A stretch of DNA of 60,876 nucleotides, counting the filler. It is 6 parts of 6 records of this genome, joined end to end, with 100 filler letters (N's around TTAATTAATTAA, not from the genome) between each part and the next. Parts side by side here need not be neighbours in the genome. Positions count along the whole stretch, not along the records: positions 30,345 to 42,649 come from SRR31147125_18306; 5 more parts are not named here. The stretch is one strand, 5' to 3'. The notes below the pieces were generated by a model, which ran no database searches, had not been told where the DNA came from, and saw only the letters and a list, made by a program, of their open reading frames with translations. Within the stretch, counting starts at the first letter, position 1; every line of letters starts with the position of its first letter. Made by a program: the position numbers and the translations under genes. Shown one piece after another: positions 30,371-40,923 of the stretch.

Positions 30371-30807
30371 TCTTCATAAGATTGGCGAAACCTAACGTAG
30401 GCTCATTTACAAAGCATGTTTTTTAAAGTAAAATATAACAATATCATTTAAAGGAAAACATATTGTGAATAATGAGCCTGTAATTCTCAACAACATGATT
30501 TTGGAAGAGATATTTTCTTGTGCTATTTAATATCACAAGTATATTGGACAAACTCACCTGAAAGTATAGCGTAAATTCAAATCGAGTGCGATCCAGGATA
30601 TTTCAACCTGAGAATTAAGAAGTCTATATCTGATTATAAAATTTTTTATTAAATTATATAAAGAATAAATACCCCAAAGTAGTGACTTCTATTTAAAGAC
30701 TAAAAAATGCTTTCGTAGGTGATGGAGGGTGAATGATCTGGTAACAGCGAATCTATAAATAAATAATCAGAAAAACCAGCATAATAATATTCTAAACTTT
30801 TACTTAT

Positions 30808-30833
30808 TTCGATCCACAACACTTGACAACATC
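30808..30833. repeat. 26-bp direct repeat copy 2
   Basis: ttcgatccacaacacttgacaacatc. Confidence 0.55.
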
Positions 30834-31086
30834 ATAGGAGGTAATCCATGCGCAATGTATTGGCTATTGTACCAGGCAGTGGGCATTTATAGTGAATGGA
30901 TTACAGCTTTTAATTGAACATCACAATCGGTGATGAACTGTCTTGAGTCTGTGCTTTTAAATTCATCTGGTATTTAAAGGAATTTGATATCAAAAGGGAA
31001 ATATTGAGCTGTCATAATTTGGTTTATGCAAGATAATTTAACCATTATAAATCATAGCATAACAATTAAATTAAAGGAGAATAAAA

Positions 31087-31284
31087 ATGACTAATGAAAT
31101 TGGAGAATTTGCTGGAATTATTTGGGACCTTTTATCACAAAAAGGTTCCTTGTCGGTTGCACAACTTAAAAAGGAAACAAAAGGAGACGACTTTATGGTC
31201 GCTGCAGCTATTGGCTGGTTAGCTAGAGAAGACAAGTTAAACATAAACAAATCGGGTAAAACTATTAAAGTTGTATTACAATAA
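31087..31284 (+). CDS. Small winged-helix protein (DUF2582-like)
   Basis: IGxxAGxIW...AIGWLAREDK signature; AAGGAG RBS. Confidence 0.85.
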   Translation: MTNEIGEFAGIIWDLLSQKGSLSVAQLKKETKGDDFMVAAAIGWLAREDKLNINKSGKTIKVVLQ

Positions 31285-31404
31285 TCATCTTTAAATGCGA
31301 ATTATTAGTGTCCGGTTAAGCGAATCCTGGAAAAAGAAAACGGTACGTCATTCTCCTGTTTTTAGTATACTGGATTCTGTGTAAAATAAAAAAACCTGTC
31401 AAAA

Positions 31405-31468
31405 GTGTCCTTCATAAATCAATAAATTTTATTGACTAAAACAAAATTATGATTTATCCGAAGGACAC
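31405..31468. repeat. Long imperfect palindrome (terminator or miniature element)
   Basis: gtgtccttc-ataaatca ... tgatttat-cc-gaaggacac. Confidence 0.45.
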
Positions 31469-31483
31469 CCAACAGGTGAATAT

Positions 31484-32366
31484 AAAATAGGCTATTGTCA
31501 TCTGAGCCGGGCAGCCGCTGCTTTCAATCTATGAACCTGCTGTGTGATGAAATCGGGACTATCATTGCTGAAAAGACCATGACCGGGGAATGTCACTGTT
31601 TGAATGGCATTCTTGACTTTATCCGCATTTGGGTAAATTAAAGAAAAAATGCGGGTAATTAAGCTGCTTCTTGATAATGGATTCTGCAGTGATGACCTAC
31701 TGACTTTTCTTGAGTCATGTCACAAAGTGATTTATAAATATACTATCCCTCACATGAATGGCTGCAAGAAAAGGTCCTCCAGTTGAACTATCGTAAATAT
31801 TAAAAAAGCGAACGACAATATTGCACTTTTGCCTACGGTGGTGGACGTGACGGCGCCTTTTAACATTGCAATGTTGAAAATGGTGAAAAAGAACCTGGGA
31901 GCATCTTGCACTTTGCTGATCATTACAAGTATCGTGCTGTCAGCAGTAATCGCGAAAAACGAGCAAATGTCATTTTAAACAGCTATTAAAAGCGTGCACA
32001 ATTGGATATGCATAATGAAGAATTAAAAGCCAATGTGTTCCTGGTAAAAATGAGTAGAGAGAACGAGGATTAATTTGACATCAGAGACGATCAGAATTGC
32101 TTAATTCATTTCTCTGTTAAATCCTGGAATGCTTTTAGCAGCACTCCTCATGATCGGAAATTTGATCGGAATGATTCAATTCCCAGGATCGTTTTAGGTA
32201 AATATAATAAAAAGAAAATTGAAAGTCTGTTTCCATTAAGTACATCAGGCATCGTGGATGGATTGTATATAGTGAGGTATCTATCTCTAATACAAAAACT
32301 ACTGGAAAAACCTGAGACCGTTTTAAAAGTCAGTAAGGAGCGAATTCGTGTATTAAACTGACTCGT
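31484..32366 (+). pseudogene. Degraded DDE transposase, IS1380-like
   Basis: Manual translation across frameshifts and stops: KIGY..EPGSRCFQ, EKTMTGECHCLNGILDFI, IKLLLDNGFCSDDLLTFLE, YKYRAVSSN...Y*KRAQLDMHNEELK. Ends are approximate. Confidence 0.6.
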
Positions 32367-32390
32367 AATCAAAAAGGAGTAAACTTTCAA

Positions 32391-32960
32391 ATGAGATTTT
32401 ACACATTATTATATAATATCAGGATAGTTTTAATCCTGAACCTTATTATGAGTTATATCGTTATAGGGCAAAGTAAGGATTTGAAAAATGACTCACCCGT
32501 TCCGGTTTATGCTGTTGATTTAACAAAATATACAGGTGTATGGTTCGAGATTGCCAAAATTCCCAACCGATTCCAACGCAACTGCGCTCGTAATACAACA
32601 GCTACTTATCAGTTAAGAGACGATGGACGAATTGATGTTTTTAACCGTTGTACCAGGCAGGATGATAGTGTGATTGAAGCCAAAGGAATCGCCAAAGTTG
32701 TGGACAGCCAATCAAATGCGAAATTAAAAGTAAGTTTTGTCAGATTGTTAGGGATATCGCTGTTCTGGGGAGATTACTGGATTATTGGTCTGGACGAGAA
32801 TTATCAATTTGCCATTGTCGGTACTCCTTCACGAAAATATGGCTGGATTTTGAGCCGTGAGCCGCGAATAACAAACGAACAGCGCGATGAAATCTATGCC
32901 ATATTGGAAAAACAGGAATATGATCCGCAGGATTTCAAGATGACGGAGCAGAGGTACTAA
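32391..32960 (+). CDS. blc: Bacterial lipocalin
   Basis: VDLTKYTGVWFEIAK, GDYWII and YGWILSR motifs; no obvious lipobox Cys. Confidence 0.9.
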   Translation: MRFYTLLYNIRIVLILNLIMSYIVIGQSKDLKNDSPVPVYAVDLTKYTGVWFEIAKIPNRFQRNCARNTTATYQLRDDGRIDVFNRCTRQDDSVIEAKGIAKVVDSQSNAKLKVSFVRLLGISLFWGDYWIIGLDENYQFAIVGTPSRKYGWILSREPRITNEQRDEIYAILEKQEYDPQDFKMTEQRY

Positions 32961-33210
32961 GCTTTTAATCAGTACAATATTTACGGTTTTTTATGTATTT
33001 TTAATTTTCCTATTTTGTTATATTCGCATATCTATCAAGATATATTGAATGGTCGTTCAATTCTAGAGCTTTATTTTCCCCATTTTATTTTTAAAAAAGG
33101 TTGTTTTTTCGTATAAAATATTTAAGTTTTAAAAAAAACATGGATTTAGATTTGTCATTTCTTATTTCTAATACTTTATGTGGGATGTCATAAAATTAGA
33201 GGACTAGAGA

Positions 33211-36200
33211 ATGAATGGCTCATTAAAATTATCTGGTCTTGTGTTTTTATTTTACCTACTTTTCTTTTTTTGTGAAAACAAAATTCCTTCAGATCCACAA
33301 AATCAGCCCCCTCTAGCCAAAATTTCCCGGGAAACAGAAGAAACGCATTATTTTGTCGGTGACAGCATTACATTTAATGCATATGAATCCACAGATCAGG
33401 AATCAAAGATAAATGAATTAAAATTTAGCTGGTCGTCCTCCGGACATGGTTTCTTTACTGATCCAACCGGTATTGTAACCGTTTTTATCCCTGACAGTGT
33501 TGGAAGCTATGTCATTTCGTTAACCGCATTCGACGGCAAATCTTTTAGTGAACCTGATACGGAACGTGTCTTTATTTCCTCCGGTCTCTTGCCGGTTGCA
33601 ATAATAGAAACTATTCCGACGGACACGACTTATGTGGGTGTTCCGTTGATACTCGATGCTGGAAAAAGCTATAGTCCCTTTGAGGATTCGTTACAATTTC
33701 ACTGGCAGGTATCCGGTGCGGCACTAATTACAGATACGTCTGCTAAACAAACTCACTTTATATCTTATTCAGCAGGTGTATTTGAGGTCAGACTGACCGT
33801 ATCCAGCGGCGGTGTAAATAGTGAAACTGTTAATAAATGGATTCATGTCCTGCCCGGCCTTCCTCCTCTCATTAAAGTTAAATATGATAGTGTCATTGAA
33901 AAAGGCCAGTGGGCGACCCTGGATGCCAGTTCCAGTGTGGCAGCAGATGGTGGACAGTTAGAGTTTTATTGGGAACCACAGACCAATGGAGTCTTGAAAA
34001 ATAAGAATCAACCAATAACGGAATTTAAATCCGATGAGACCGGTGGTCATCTTATTTACCTTAAAGTTACCGATGAACGTCATGTAAGTTCAGACACACT
34101 GTTTGTGATCAACGTTCGATGTGATACCTGCGATGCTATTAATCACCCGCCAATAGCCATCGCCGGCTCGGATAAATATACATTTAAAGATGAACAGGTC
34201 CGCCTGGATGGCAGTAAAAGTGTTGATGTTGATGGAGATTCAATAGATTTTCACTGGAACATCCTTAACAATGGAGGCATTCTTTCATCGGTTACCGATA
34301 ATATGACCTGGTTTACACCACAGGAAAAAGGATCGTTTCAAATCCAGTTAAAAGTATCCGACAATCAATTCAGTTCCTACGATACTGTTGATGTTGTGGC
34401 CCAAAATCGAATACCGGTCGCTAAAATAAATATCAATGGTGATTCTTTTAAACCAGGAGAAGAAATATTTCTGGATGGAAGCGGGAGTTTTGATTCGGAT
34501 GGAGATGAAATTACTTACCAATGGACAAGTTCAGGTGGGGGCCACATTACAAATCCAACCGATTCAACGACCACATTTAAAACAGATACGTTTGGTTATT
34601 TTGAGATCACACTAGTCGTAGATGATGGTGAAGTTAAAAGTCTTCCGGATCGCAAAAGAATTTTTATTCAACAACATCCTGCACCTATTATTCATGTCAC
34701 AGTGGACACGCTTGTTAAAATCAATGAATGGCTAAACCTGGATGCCAGCGAGAGTCGTGCTTTCGAAGGGACAGAGCCCACATTTTTATGGGAAATCGTC
34801 AACGGGGGAGAACTGGAACATGTTGATCAACCTATAACACGCTTTAGAGCTGACAGGCTCAATAATTATCTGGTATCACTCACCGTTACAGATTCGTACG
34901 GTGTTTCTTCTGATACTTTAATAGCCATTCCTGTACATGAAAAGCTGATGGCACCCCCTGTGGCTGATGCGGGTGACTCCACTTTTTATCTTTTTAACCA
35001 ACCGGTCTATCTGGATGGATCCGGCAGTTCTGATCCTCTGGAACGGGACCTGACATTTCACTGGATCGGTGCTGATAATAATCCGCAAAAAGTTGATATT
35101 GCCAGTGATGAGAATCCCGTTCTTTTACCTCCTCTCAGTCCGGGTGAATATACCTTTATCCTGTATGTTTCTAATACAATACAGATGAGTGCTCCAAGTC
35201 AGGTAAAAATAACGATTGAAGCGCCTGATATTTATGTCCATCCTGATAATGATGAGAGTCAGGAAGGTTATTATAAGAGAGTGAAAGATGGTGTCAATGC
35301 TGCCAGATCTGGTGATCTGGTATTTATTGATGCTGGTGACTATTTTGAAAATAATATCCTGATACCTTATGACGATATTCGCATATTGGGTGTTGTTCGC
35401 GATGGAGAATATCGTACTAAAATTGACGGGGAACATCAAGGAACCATATTTATCATTGATGGTAAGAAAAATATCAATTTAAGTGGGCTTTTTTTATTAA
35501 AGGGATCCACCTTATCACCATCTAATTCGATTGATGTTGGCAGTATTACATGCAAAAATCGAACAGCTAACGTTACAATTACTGACTGTTATATTAAAGA
35601 TAGCGCTGCGGATGGAATTCGGCTTGATCAATCAACGGGTATAACGGTTCGTTCCTGTCAGATTGAGCATAGTCGGGTAAATGGAATGCGCTGCAGCAGT
35701 TCAGGATTTCGTGTAGAAAATTGTCAGATAACAAATAATGGCTACGGTGAACCGCAACATGCAGGCGGTATTGCCATTGAGACAGCAGAAGGGCAACCAA
35801 ATAACTCGACACTTTTAATTCACATTCAGAATGGGAATCGTTTTATCAACAATGTGACATGTCATATTAAAGTAGATAGTGATCCTCAGATAGTCGTTAC
35901 AGACAACACATTTGAAGGTGGCGGGGAAGGAATATGGGTTATTGAAAATACGTCACCAAAACTGCGTGTCGAGAATAATACCTTTGATAATACCGGAGAA
36001 ACCTCCATCTGGTGTCTTTATGGAACCGGTATTGATGTAATAGGAAATACATTTATCGATGATACTCAAACTAAAATGGCCATGGATTTTAATAATTGTC
36101 TACCAAAAAAGGAAAACGGCGAGTTTTATCAAATCTTTAACAATACGATTACTGGCTATGATACGGGTGTTTTCCTTTATTATTCACCTTTGCAGATTGT

Positions 36201-36342
36201 CGGCAACAATTTTGTTAACAACAATATCGGCATCTCATTTGGAGGTCGGGGAATAACGCCCCCGAATAGTTATGAAAATGACAATCAATATGATGAGACT
36301 GATATACCTGTTGAATATCGGGATGAGCCTTTAGGGAATTGA
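33211..36342 (+). CDS. Probable lipoprotein with about 7 PKD/Ig-like repeats and a C-terminal parallel beta-helix
   Basis: Signal ending FFC. Repeats of PxA...LDxSxSxD.DG...YxW...LxVxD, then DGVNAARSGDLVFIDAGDY and Asn-ladder repeats (xxNxF). Confidence 0.85.
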   Translation: MNGSLKLSGLVFLFYLLFFFCENKIPSDPQNQPPLAKISRETEETHYFVGDSITFNAYESTDQESKINELKFSWSSSGHGFFTDPTGIVTVFIPDSVGSYVISLTAFDGKSFSEPDTERVFISSGLLPVAIIETIPTDTTYVGVPLILDAGKSYSPFEDSLQFHWQVSGAALITDTSAKQTHFISYSAGVFEVRLTVSSGGVNSETVNKWIHVLPGLPPLIKVKYDSVIEKGQWATLDASSSVAADGGQLEFYWEPQTNGVLKNKNQPITEFKSDETGGHLIYLKVTDERHVSSDTLFVINVRCDTCDAINHPPIAIAGSDKYTFKDEQVRLDGSKSVDVDGDSIDFHWNILNNGGILSSVTDNMTWFTPQEKGSFQIQLKVSDNQFSSYDTVDVVAQNRIPVAKININGDSFKPGEEIFLDGSGSFDSDGDEITYQWTSSGGGHITNPTDSTTTFKTDTFGYFEITLVVDDGEVKSLPDRKRIFIQQHPAPIIHVTVDTLVKINEWLNLDASESRAFEGTEPTFLWEIVNGGELEHVDQPITRFRADRLNNYLVSLTVTDSYGVSSDTLIAIPVHEKLMAPPVADAGDSTFYLFNQPVYLDGSGSSDPLERDLTFHWIGADNNPQKVDIASDENPVLLPPLSPGEYTFILYVSNTIQMSAPSQVKITIEAPDIYVHPDNDESQEGYYKRVKDGVNAARSGDLVFIDAGDYFENNILIPYDDIRILGVVRDGEYRTKIDGEHQGTIFIIDGKKNINLSGLFLLKGSTLSPSNSIDVGSITCKNRTANVTITDCYIKDSAADGIRLDQSTGITVRSCQIEHSRVNGMRCSSSGFRVENCQITNNGYGEPQHAGGIAIETAEGQPNNSTLLIHIQNGNRFINNVTCHIKVDSDPQIVVTDNTFEGGGEGIWVIENTSPKLRVENNTFDNTGETSIWCLYGTGIDVIGNTFIDDTQTKMAMDFNNCLPKKENGEFYQIFNNTITGYDTGVFLYYSPLQIVGNNFVNNNIGISFGGRGITPPNSYENDNQYDETDIPVEYRDEPLGN

Positions 36343-36382
36343 AAAAAATAAAAGAATTTAGTAATCTGAATGTGAGGGTGGT

Positions 36383-36880
36383 ATGCAAAAAACGATTTTA
36401 TTTTACAGTCTATTTTTGTTTTTCATTTTGACTGCGTGCAACAAAAAGTTAATTCAACGTGAACCGCCGGCAAGACCATTGCATCCGGCGCCATATCAGG
36501 TAGGTTTTATGGTCGATGTTCCTGAATTGAATCTCGTCAAATTGAAACATGAGGTTGAAAAGGATTTAATAGATCATACTTTTCCCATTTTATCGATTGA
36601 TGAAAAAAAAATAGTGGATAATAAGGTAGAAAGCTATCTCATCGAAACGGATTTTATAAACATGAAAGGAGCCATAACTCCGCCGAAAAATTGTATTTTT
36701 AAAATGGCACTAAAAGTCACTATCACGAAACAGCAGCAGGATTCAAGAATTGTTTTTAAATATAGTCCTGCCCTGGCTGGTACAGGAGATGAAGATTATG
36801 GCCGGGAAATAAAAAGCCGTTTACAGGATGAAATCCATAATTACTTTATTGAATGGCAACAAGAGTATTTGAGCAGGTAA
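36383..36880 (+). CDS. Hypothetical lipoprotein
   Basis: Lipobox LTAC; GAGGG RBS; lies in the operon. Confidence 0.8.
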   Translation: MQKTILFYSLFLFFILTACNKKLIQREPPARPLHPAPYQVGFMVDVPELNLVKLKHEVEKDLIDHTFPILSIDEKKIVDNKVESYLIETDFINMKGAITPPKNCIFKMALKVTITKQQQDSRIVFKYSPALAGTGDEDYGREIKSRLQDEIHNYFIEWQQEYLSR

Positions 36881-36893
36881 GGAGAAAAATGAG

Positions 36894-37343
36894 ATGACGA
36901 AAAGAGTCAATTTTTGGAAAGCACTTATTTTTTGGACATGGTTTGGATTCGCTGGTATTGTGCTTGTTGGATTTGTTTTGCAGTTTTTATTGCCTTGTTC
37001 CCCCGGGTACAACAGTGTCAAGTTGGAAATCCTGCTTGACACACTGAACGATATTTTGTATCACTATGTTCCTTACCTTGCTATCATATTAGCCTGGACA
37101 TTTAGTATAGCAGAGATCCCCAATGAAAGAGAATTTACTACCTTGACATTGCCCATGGGGATTTTTTATTTCAGCGTACTCTATAATCTGTTTATTCTAC
37201 TGGTCGTATTTGGAACAATATCAGACCTTTATTCTCCAGTTACAATTATCTCAAAGTTTATATCTCTGTTAAATACAGGTTTTGCCTTTTTGATGGCATG
37301 GTACCTGACAAAGTTTTTCCAAAGCGCACATTTACAGGATTAA
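36894..37343 (+). CDS. Hypothetical four-TM membrane protein
   Basis: Four hydrophobic segments; AAGGAG RBS. Confidence 0.8.
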   Translation: MTKRVNFWKALIFWTWFGFAGIVLVGFVLQFLLPCSPGYNSVKLEILLDTLNDILYHYVPYLAIILAWTFSIAEIPNEREFTTLTLPMGIFYFSVLYNLFILLVVFGTISDLYSPVTIISKFISLLNTGFAFLMAWYLTKFFQSAHLQD

Positions 37344-37354
37344 AAGAGGCTATT

Positions 37355-38278
37355 ATGGTAATAAAAATAATTGTTTGCTTATATATGCTAGTCTCCATAG
37401 CAGGATGTTCTGTTAACCAAAACCATATTCGCGGTTCAGGTCAAGGTGATGAATTTCTACACCCAGACCTGTTAAATCCACGTGGTTCTGGTTATGTGAT
37501 TTTAATCGGCATAAATCAATACAACTCTAAAACAATTCATCCATTAAAAGCCCCGGTGAAGGAAATAAAAGCCCTGGCACAGATTTTCAGAAAAAATGAT
37601 TACAAAGTCTACTTACTACAAGATTCTCTAGCCACACGGGATCGTATTCATACATTATTTCATGATATAAAAGATCAGATACGTGCTTCTGATAGAGTCA
37701 TTTTTTATTTTGCCGGACACGCCAAAAATGTGAGAAACTTTTTAGCAGATGTTGATGTCACTACTCGAAAATGTTATATACCGCTGATCAAGTCCCTCAG
37801 TGATTCTTGCATGAGAAAACAAAAAAACGATGATTTGGCACTAATAACCTATCAGCCTGATAACAGCGAGTATTTTCAAGTTTTATTAATGGAAGAGATG
37901 ATTCAATCTCTATCAGCACTGGATGCCTATCAGCATATTGTCATTATTGATGCGTGTTACAGTGGCAATCTGAATAAAATCCAGACCCTTCCTTTGGAAA
38001 TCTACTCTCATCGTCTTTTGCAGGATGGATTCTTTGCTATAACCGGATTGAAAAAGCCTGTTTATGATGGCATTTTTGGCAAACATTTTATAAAAGGGCT
38101 GAATGGAGAGGCTGATATCAAACCCAATGGAGGAAATGGGAATAATAAAATATCCATTTACGAGGCTGCCATTTATACGGATAAAAAGCTGGCTACGGAA
38201 AGGGTAGATCCGGTTCCTAAAGTCCGTTTTGTGGCAGCTGGATCCGGTGAAATTAATATTACATTAAAGGGAGAATAA
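37355..38278 (+). CDS. Caspase-like (peptidase C14) lipoprotein
   Basis: Lipobox IAGC; ILIGINQY, ATRDRI, FYFAGH (catalytic His) and IIDACYSG (catalytic Cys). Confidence 0.88.
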   Translation: MVIKIIVCLYMLVSIAGCSVNQNHIRGSGQGDEFLHPDLLNPRGSGYVILIGINQYNSKTIHPLKAPVKEIKALAQIFRKNDYKVYLLQDSLATRDRIHTLFHDIKDQIRASDRVIFYFAGHAKNVRNFLADVDVTTRKCYIPLIKSLSDSCMRKQKNDDLALITYQPDNSEYFQVLLMEEMIQSLSALDAYQHIVIIDACYSGNLNKIQTLPLEIYSHRLLQDGFFAITGLKKPVYDGIFGKHFIKGLNGEADIKPNGGNGNNKISIYEAAIYTDKKLATERVDPVPKVRFVAAGSGEINITLKGE

Positions 38279-38279
38279 A

Positions 38280-40580
38280 GTGAAAACAAAAAACCTTTTT
38301 CTCTTTTTCCTTTTTATTATCAATGTGGATTTGTACGCACAAAATGATTTGGATGATTTTATTCAAAAAGTGAAAAATATAAAAAAACCGGAAAAATTAA
38401 CACTCAAAGAATTAGGCGACGAAATTGATAAAATAGATACATTAATAACAAGGTATACAAGCACACTAAAATCCCGGGTTGAAATAGCGGAACATCCTAT
38501 CTATTTCTATTATCAACTGCTTTTAGGATATCAATCCAGGTTTAACTGTTATATCGAAAATTACAATATGAATAGAGATAGTTTATGTCAACGAACAGAG
38601 AGACAAAAATATTTAGCACAGGTCGCACTTTACGAAGACTGGCTTTACAATTATCTTCATCAGGGTTACATAAGCTCCGTATTTTCAGATTCTACTGCAA
38701 AAAGTGATGATATCAAAAAACAATTCTTGCAAAAATTAAGTGATGCACTTACTGTTTTTATGCAGGATAATAGTGTTTTTATATCAGTTACACCGCTCCT
38801 TAATGATTTGTTTATTATTAAAAGACCGGAAATGCAGGCATGTATTCAGCAGTTAAAATCTTTAAATCCGGAACGCAAAGCCGAGCTCGTATTCAACACA
38901 ACCGATTCAACGGATTTCAGGGCGCAAGGCGAGCTGTTAGATGAAATATTCTCCAGGTATAAAGAGCGTCCCGAAAATTTACTGCAATTTCTCGAGTTTG
39001 TTTCTTTTATATCGGATACCAGCCATTCTGCTGAGTATTTTCAAACCCTGGAAAGTGTCCTTCGTCGTATCAAGGACGATCAGCTTGCTGTTATTATGCT
39101 GCAAGAAGTGGAGCAGAACATCCGGGATCCGAAAATTATGCAACGGCAAAAGTATTTCTCATTGTTTGAAGATCAATTTTTTAAAACTATGGATAATAAT
39201 TATCTGGAAAGTGAACGAATTGAAAAAATTATTCTCAGTTTGGAGAAATTTCAAAAAAATAAGAAAAGACTTTTACTATTAAAAGCACACATAATTGGGA
39301 ATTTGAATGGTGTTTTACCAGGGATTGAGGAATCGCTTTTAGATTCCCTGTTTGCGGCAGAATTACAATTGGATTACGAGGTCGATCTCAGAAATGATAT
39401 CTTATCTCAAAAATATTATATACCGGATGCTGAATCCGGTAAAATTTACCCGTTATCCTTTCCAATAAATGAATTTTTTATTTCATGGACATATGAAATA
39501 TTCCCGAATACAAATTCAATCGAATTTCATGTGAGCCTGTATGATGGAACTGATGAACTGATGTTAGCAGGAATTAACAAGATGGTTGAAATACGTGATT
39601 CTGACAAGGTGAATGAAAAACTCAAAACAGCCTTTAGGGACATGAGAGATCATCTGAATAGTCTCATGAGTGCCTATATGCATTTTGATGCATTAACCAC
39701 ACAGGTTTTACCACGGTATATCAATCGGGATAAATTAAAAGCATACCTGTATGCAAATAGTTATTTTGATATCACATTCGAATCCGGCTTTCTGCAGTAT
39801 CCCTGGTTATCCGTGGATGGTGTTTATTTAGAACCATTCCATTTTGGCAAAGATTCCATTCGAATAGCTTTGGATAAATTCTATAACCGGCTGAATAATG
39901 AATTGGAGAAAAACTATGATTCTTTTTTACCGGTTCTTGATGGTTCATCAAAAGTGGGTAGAGTCATTACCATTTATGGAAAACCGGTTCAAAATTCTGA
40001 TAACCAGTTCGATATTTTGGTAGCTGTGAATCGGAATAATCCGCTCGTCAAAATTCGTTTGAGTTTTTCAGATGTCTATGATGGGTATTCTACAGAAGAG
40101 TATCTGGAGTACGAGTATTATATCCAAATGATTGTACAAATTATTGATAGAATCCTTGGTGTTAATAAGACCTTGTTTAAAAAGGTCATCAATGATACGG
40201 TAAGAGTCTTAACACAAAAATTAGCATTTTTACAAAATGAAATTGAGGAATTGGAAAGCAATAAATTTCCTCAAAGCTCCCTTTTTAAACTCGTTCCATC
40301 TGTTGTTTTTGCTGGTTCCTCACAAATTTTTAATTCACAATATCAAAACGGATCAAATAAAACACTTTATAAATACGGAGGTTCGGCATTAATGCTATGT
40401 CAGTTTGCTTCGTTAGGGGCTGCTCTCTATTATAATAACGAAGCAATAGGTATTGCTGATAGAGTGGAAGCAGCAAATTCGAAACTTGATAAAAGGGATA
40501 GTTTTTATCGAATAGCCGCCGGAACATTGGTTGTTAATGCGGTATGGTTGCTTTTTGAGCAATTAAAAGGAGGACCATGA
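38280..40580 (+). CDS. Large secreted hypothetical protein with C-terminal hydrophobic helices
   Basis: Signal peptide ending LYA-Q, helical body, two to three C-terminal hydrophobic segments. Starts 1 nt after the caspase stop. Confidence 0.8.
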   Translation: MKTKNLFLFFLFIINVDLYAQNDLDDFIQKVKNIKKPEKLTLKELGDEIDKIDTLITRYTSTLKSRVEIAEHPIYFYYQLLLGYQSRFNCYIENYNMNRDSLCQRTERQKYLAQVALYEDWLYNYLHQGYISSVFSDSTAKSDDIKKQFLQKLSDALTVFMQDNSVFISVTPLLNDLFIIKRPEMQACIQQLKSLNPERKAELVFNTTDSTDFRAQGELLDEIFSRYKERPENLLQFLEFVSFISDTSHSAEYFQTLESVLRRIKDDQLAVIMLQEVEQNIRDPKIMQRQKYFSLFEDQFFKTMDNNYLESERIEKIILSLEKFQKNKKRLLLLKAHIIGNLNGVLPGIEESLLDSLFAAELQLDYEVDLRNDILSQKYYIPDAESGKIYPLSFPINEFFISWTYEIFPNTNSIEFHVSLYDGTDELMLAGINKMVEIRDSDKVNEKLKTAFRDMRDHLNSLMSAYMHFDALTTQVLPRYINRDKLKAYLYANSYFDITFESGFLQYPWLSVDGVYLEPFHFGKDSIRIALDKFYNRLNNELEKNYDSFLPVLDGSSKVGRVITIYGKPVQNSDNQFDILVAVNRNNPLVKIRLSFSDVYDGYSTEEYLEYEYYIQMIVQIIDRILGVNKTLFKKVINDTVRVLTQKLAFLQNEIEELESNKFPQSSLFKLVPSVVFAGSSQIFNSQYQNGSNKTLYKYGGSALMLCQFASLGAALYYNNEAIGIADRVEAANSKLDKRDSFYRIAAGTLVVNAVWLLFEQLKGGP

Positions 40581-40923
40581 ACGAATTTTATAGTCATGGC
40601 ATATATCCTTGTTGTGCCGTTTCCCGCAAAAAATATGATCAAAATTAACATGAAATAGATCTGAATAGAAACACTTGCTTTAATACCTCATGTGGAATAA
40701 ATTTTCTCGCCAATTGATTAACCACTTATATTTCCTTCGGCAGGATATCGTAATTTTTTGTTTCATAATGTGAATTAAATCCTTATTATAACTATTGAAT
40801 ATTTTTTTAAGTACTCTTAAAAATTTCAGAAATGATCCATTTGGGGAAATATTTGAAAAAAATACTTTTGGGAAATATATCTGATTGAATAATCGTACAG
40901 ATAAATCACAATGGGAGGCCAGT

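Noticed and set aside
30717-30760. GGTGATGGAG resembling a fluoride riboswitch start
   Set aside because: The pairing strand and downstream conserved motif are absent.
30345-30833. CRISPR array interpretation of the 26-bp repeat
   Set aside because: Only two copies, 463 bp apart, and no cas genes.
32148-32390. 80-aa minus-strand ORF
   Set aside because: It lies antisense to the transposase relic and has no support.
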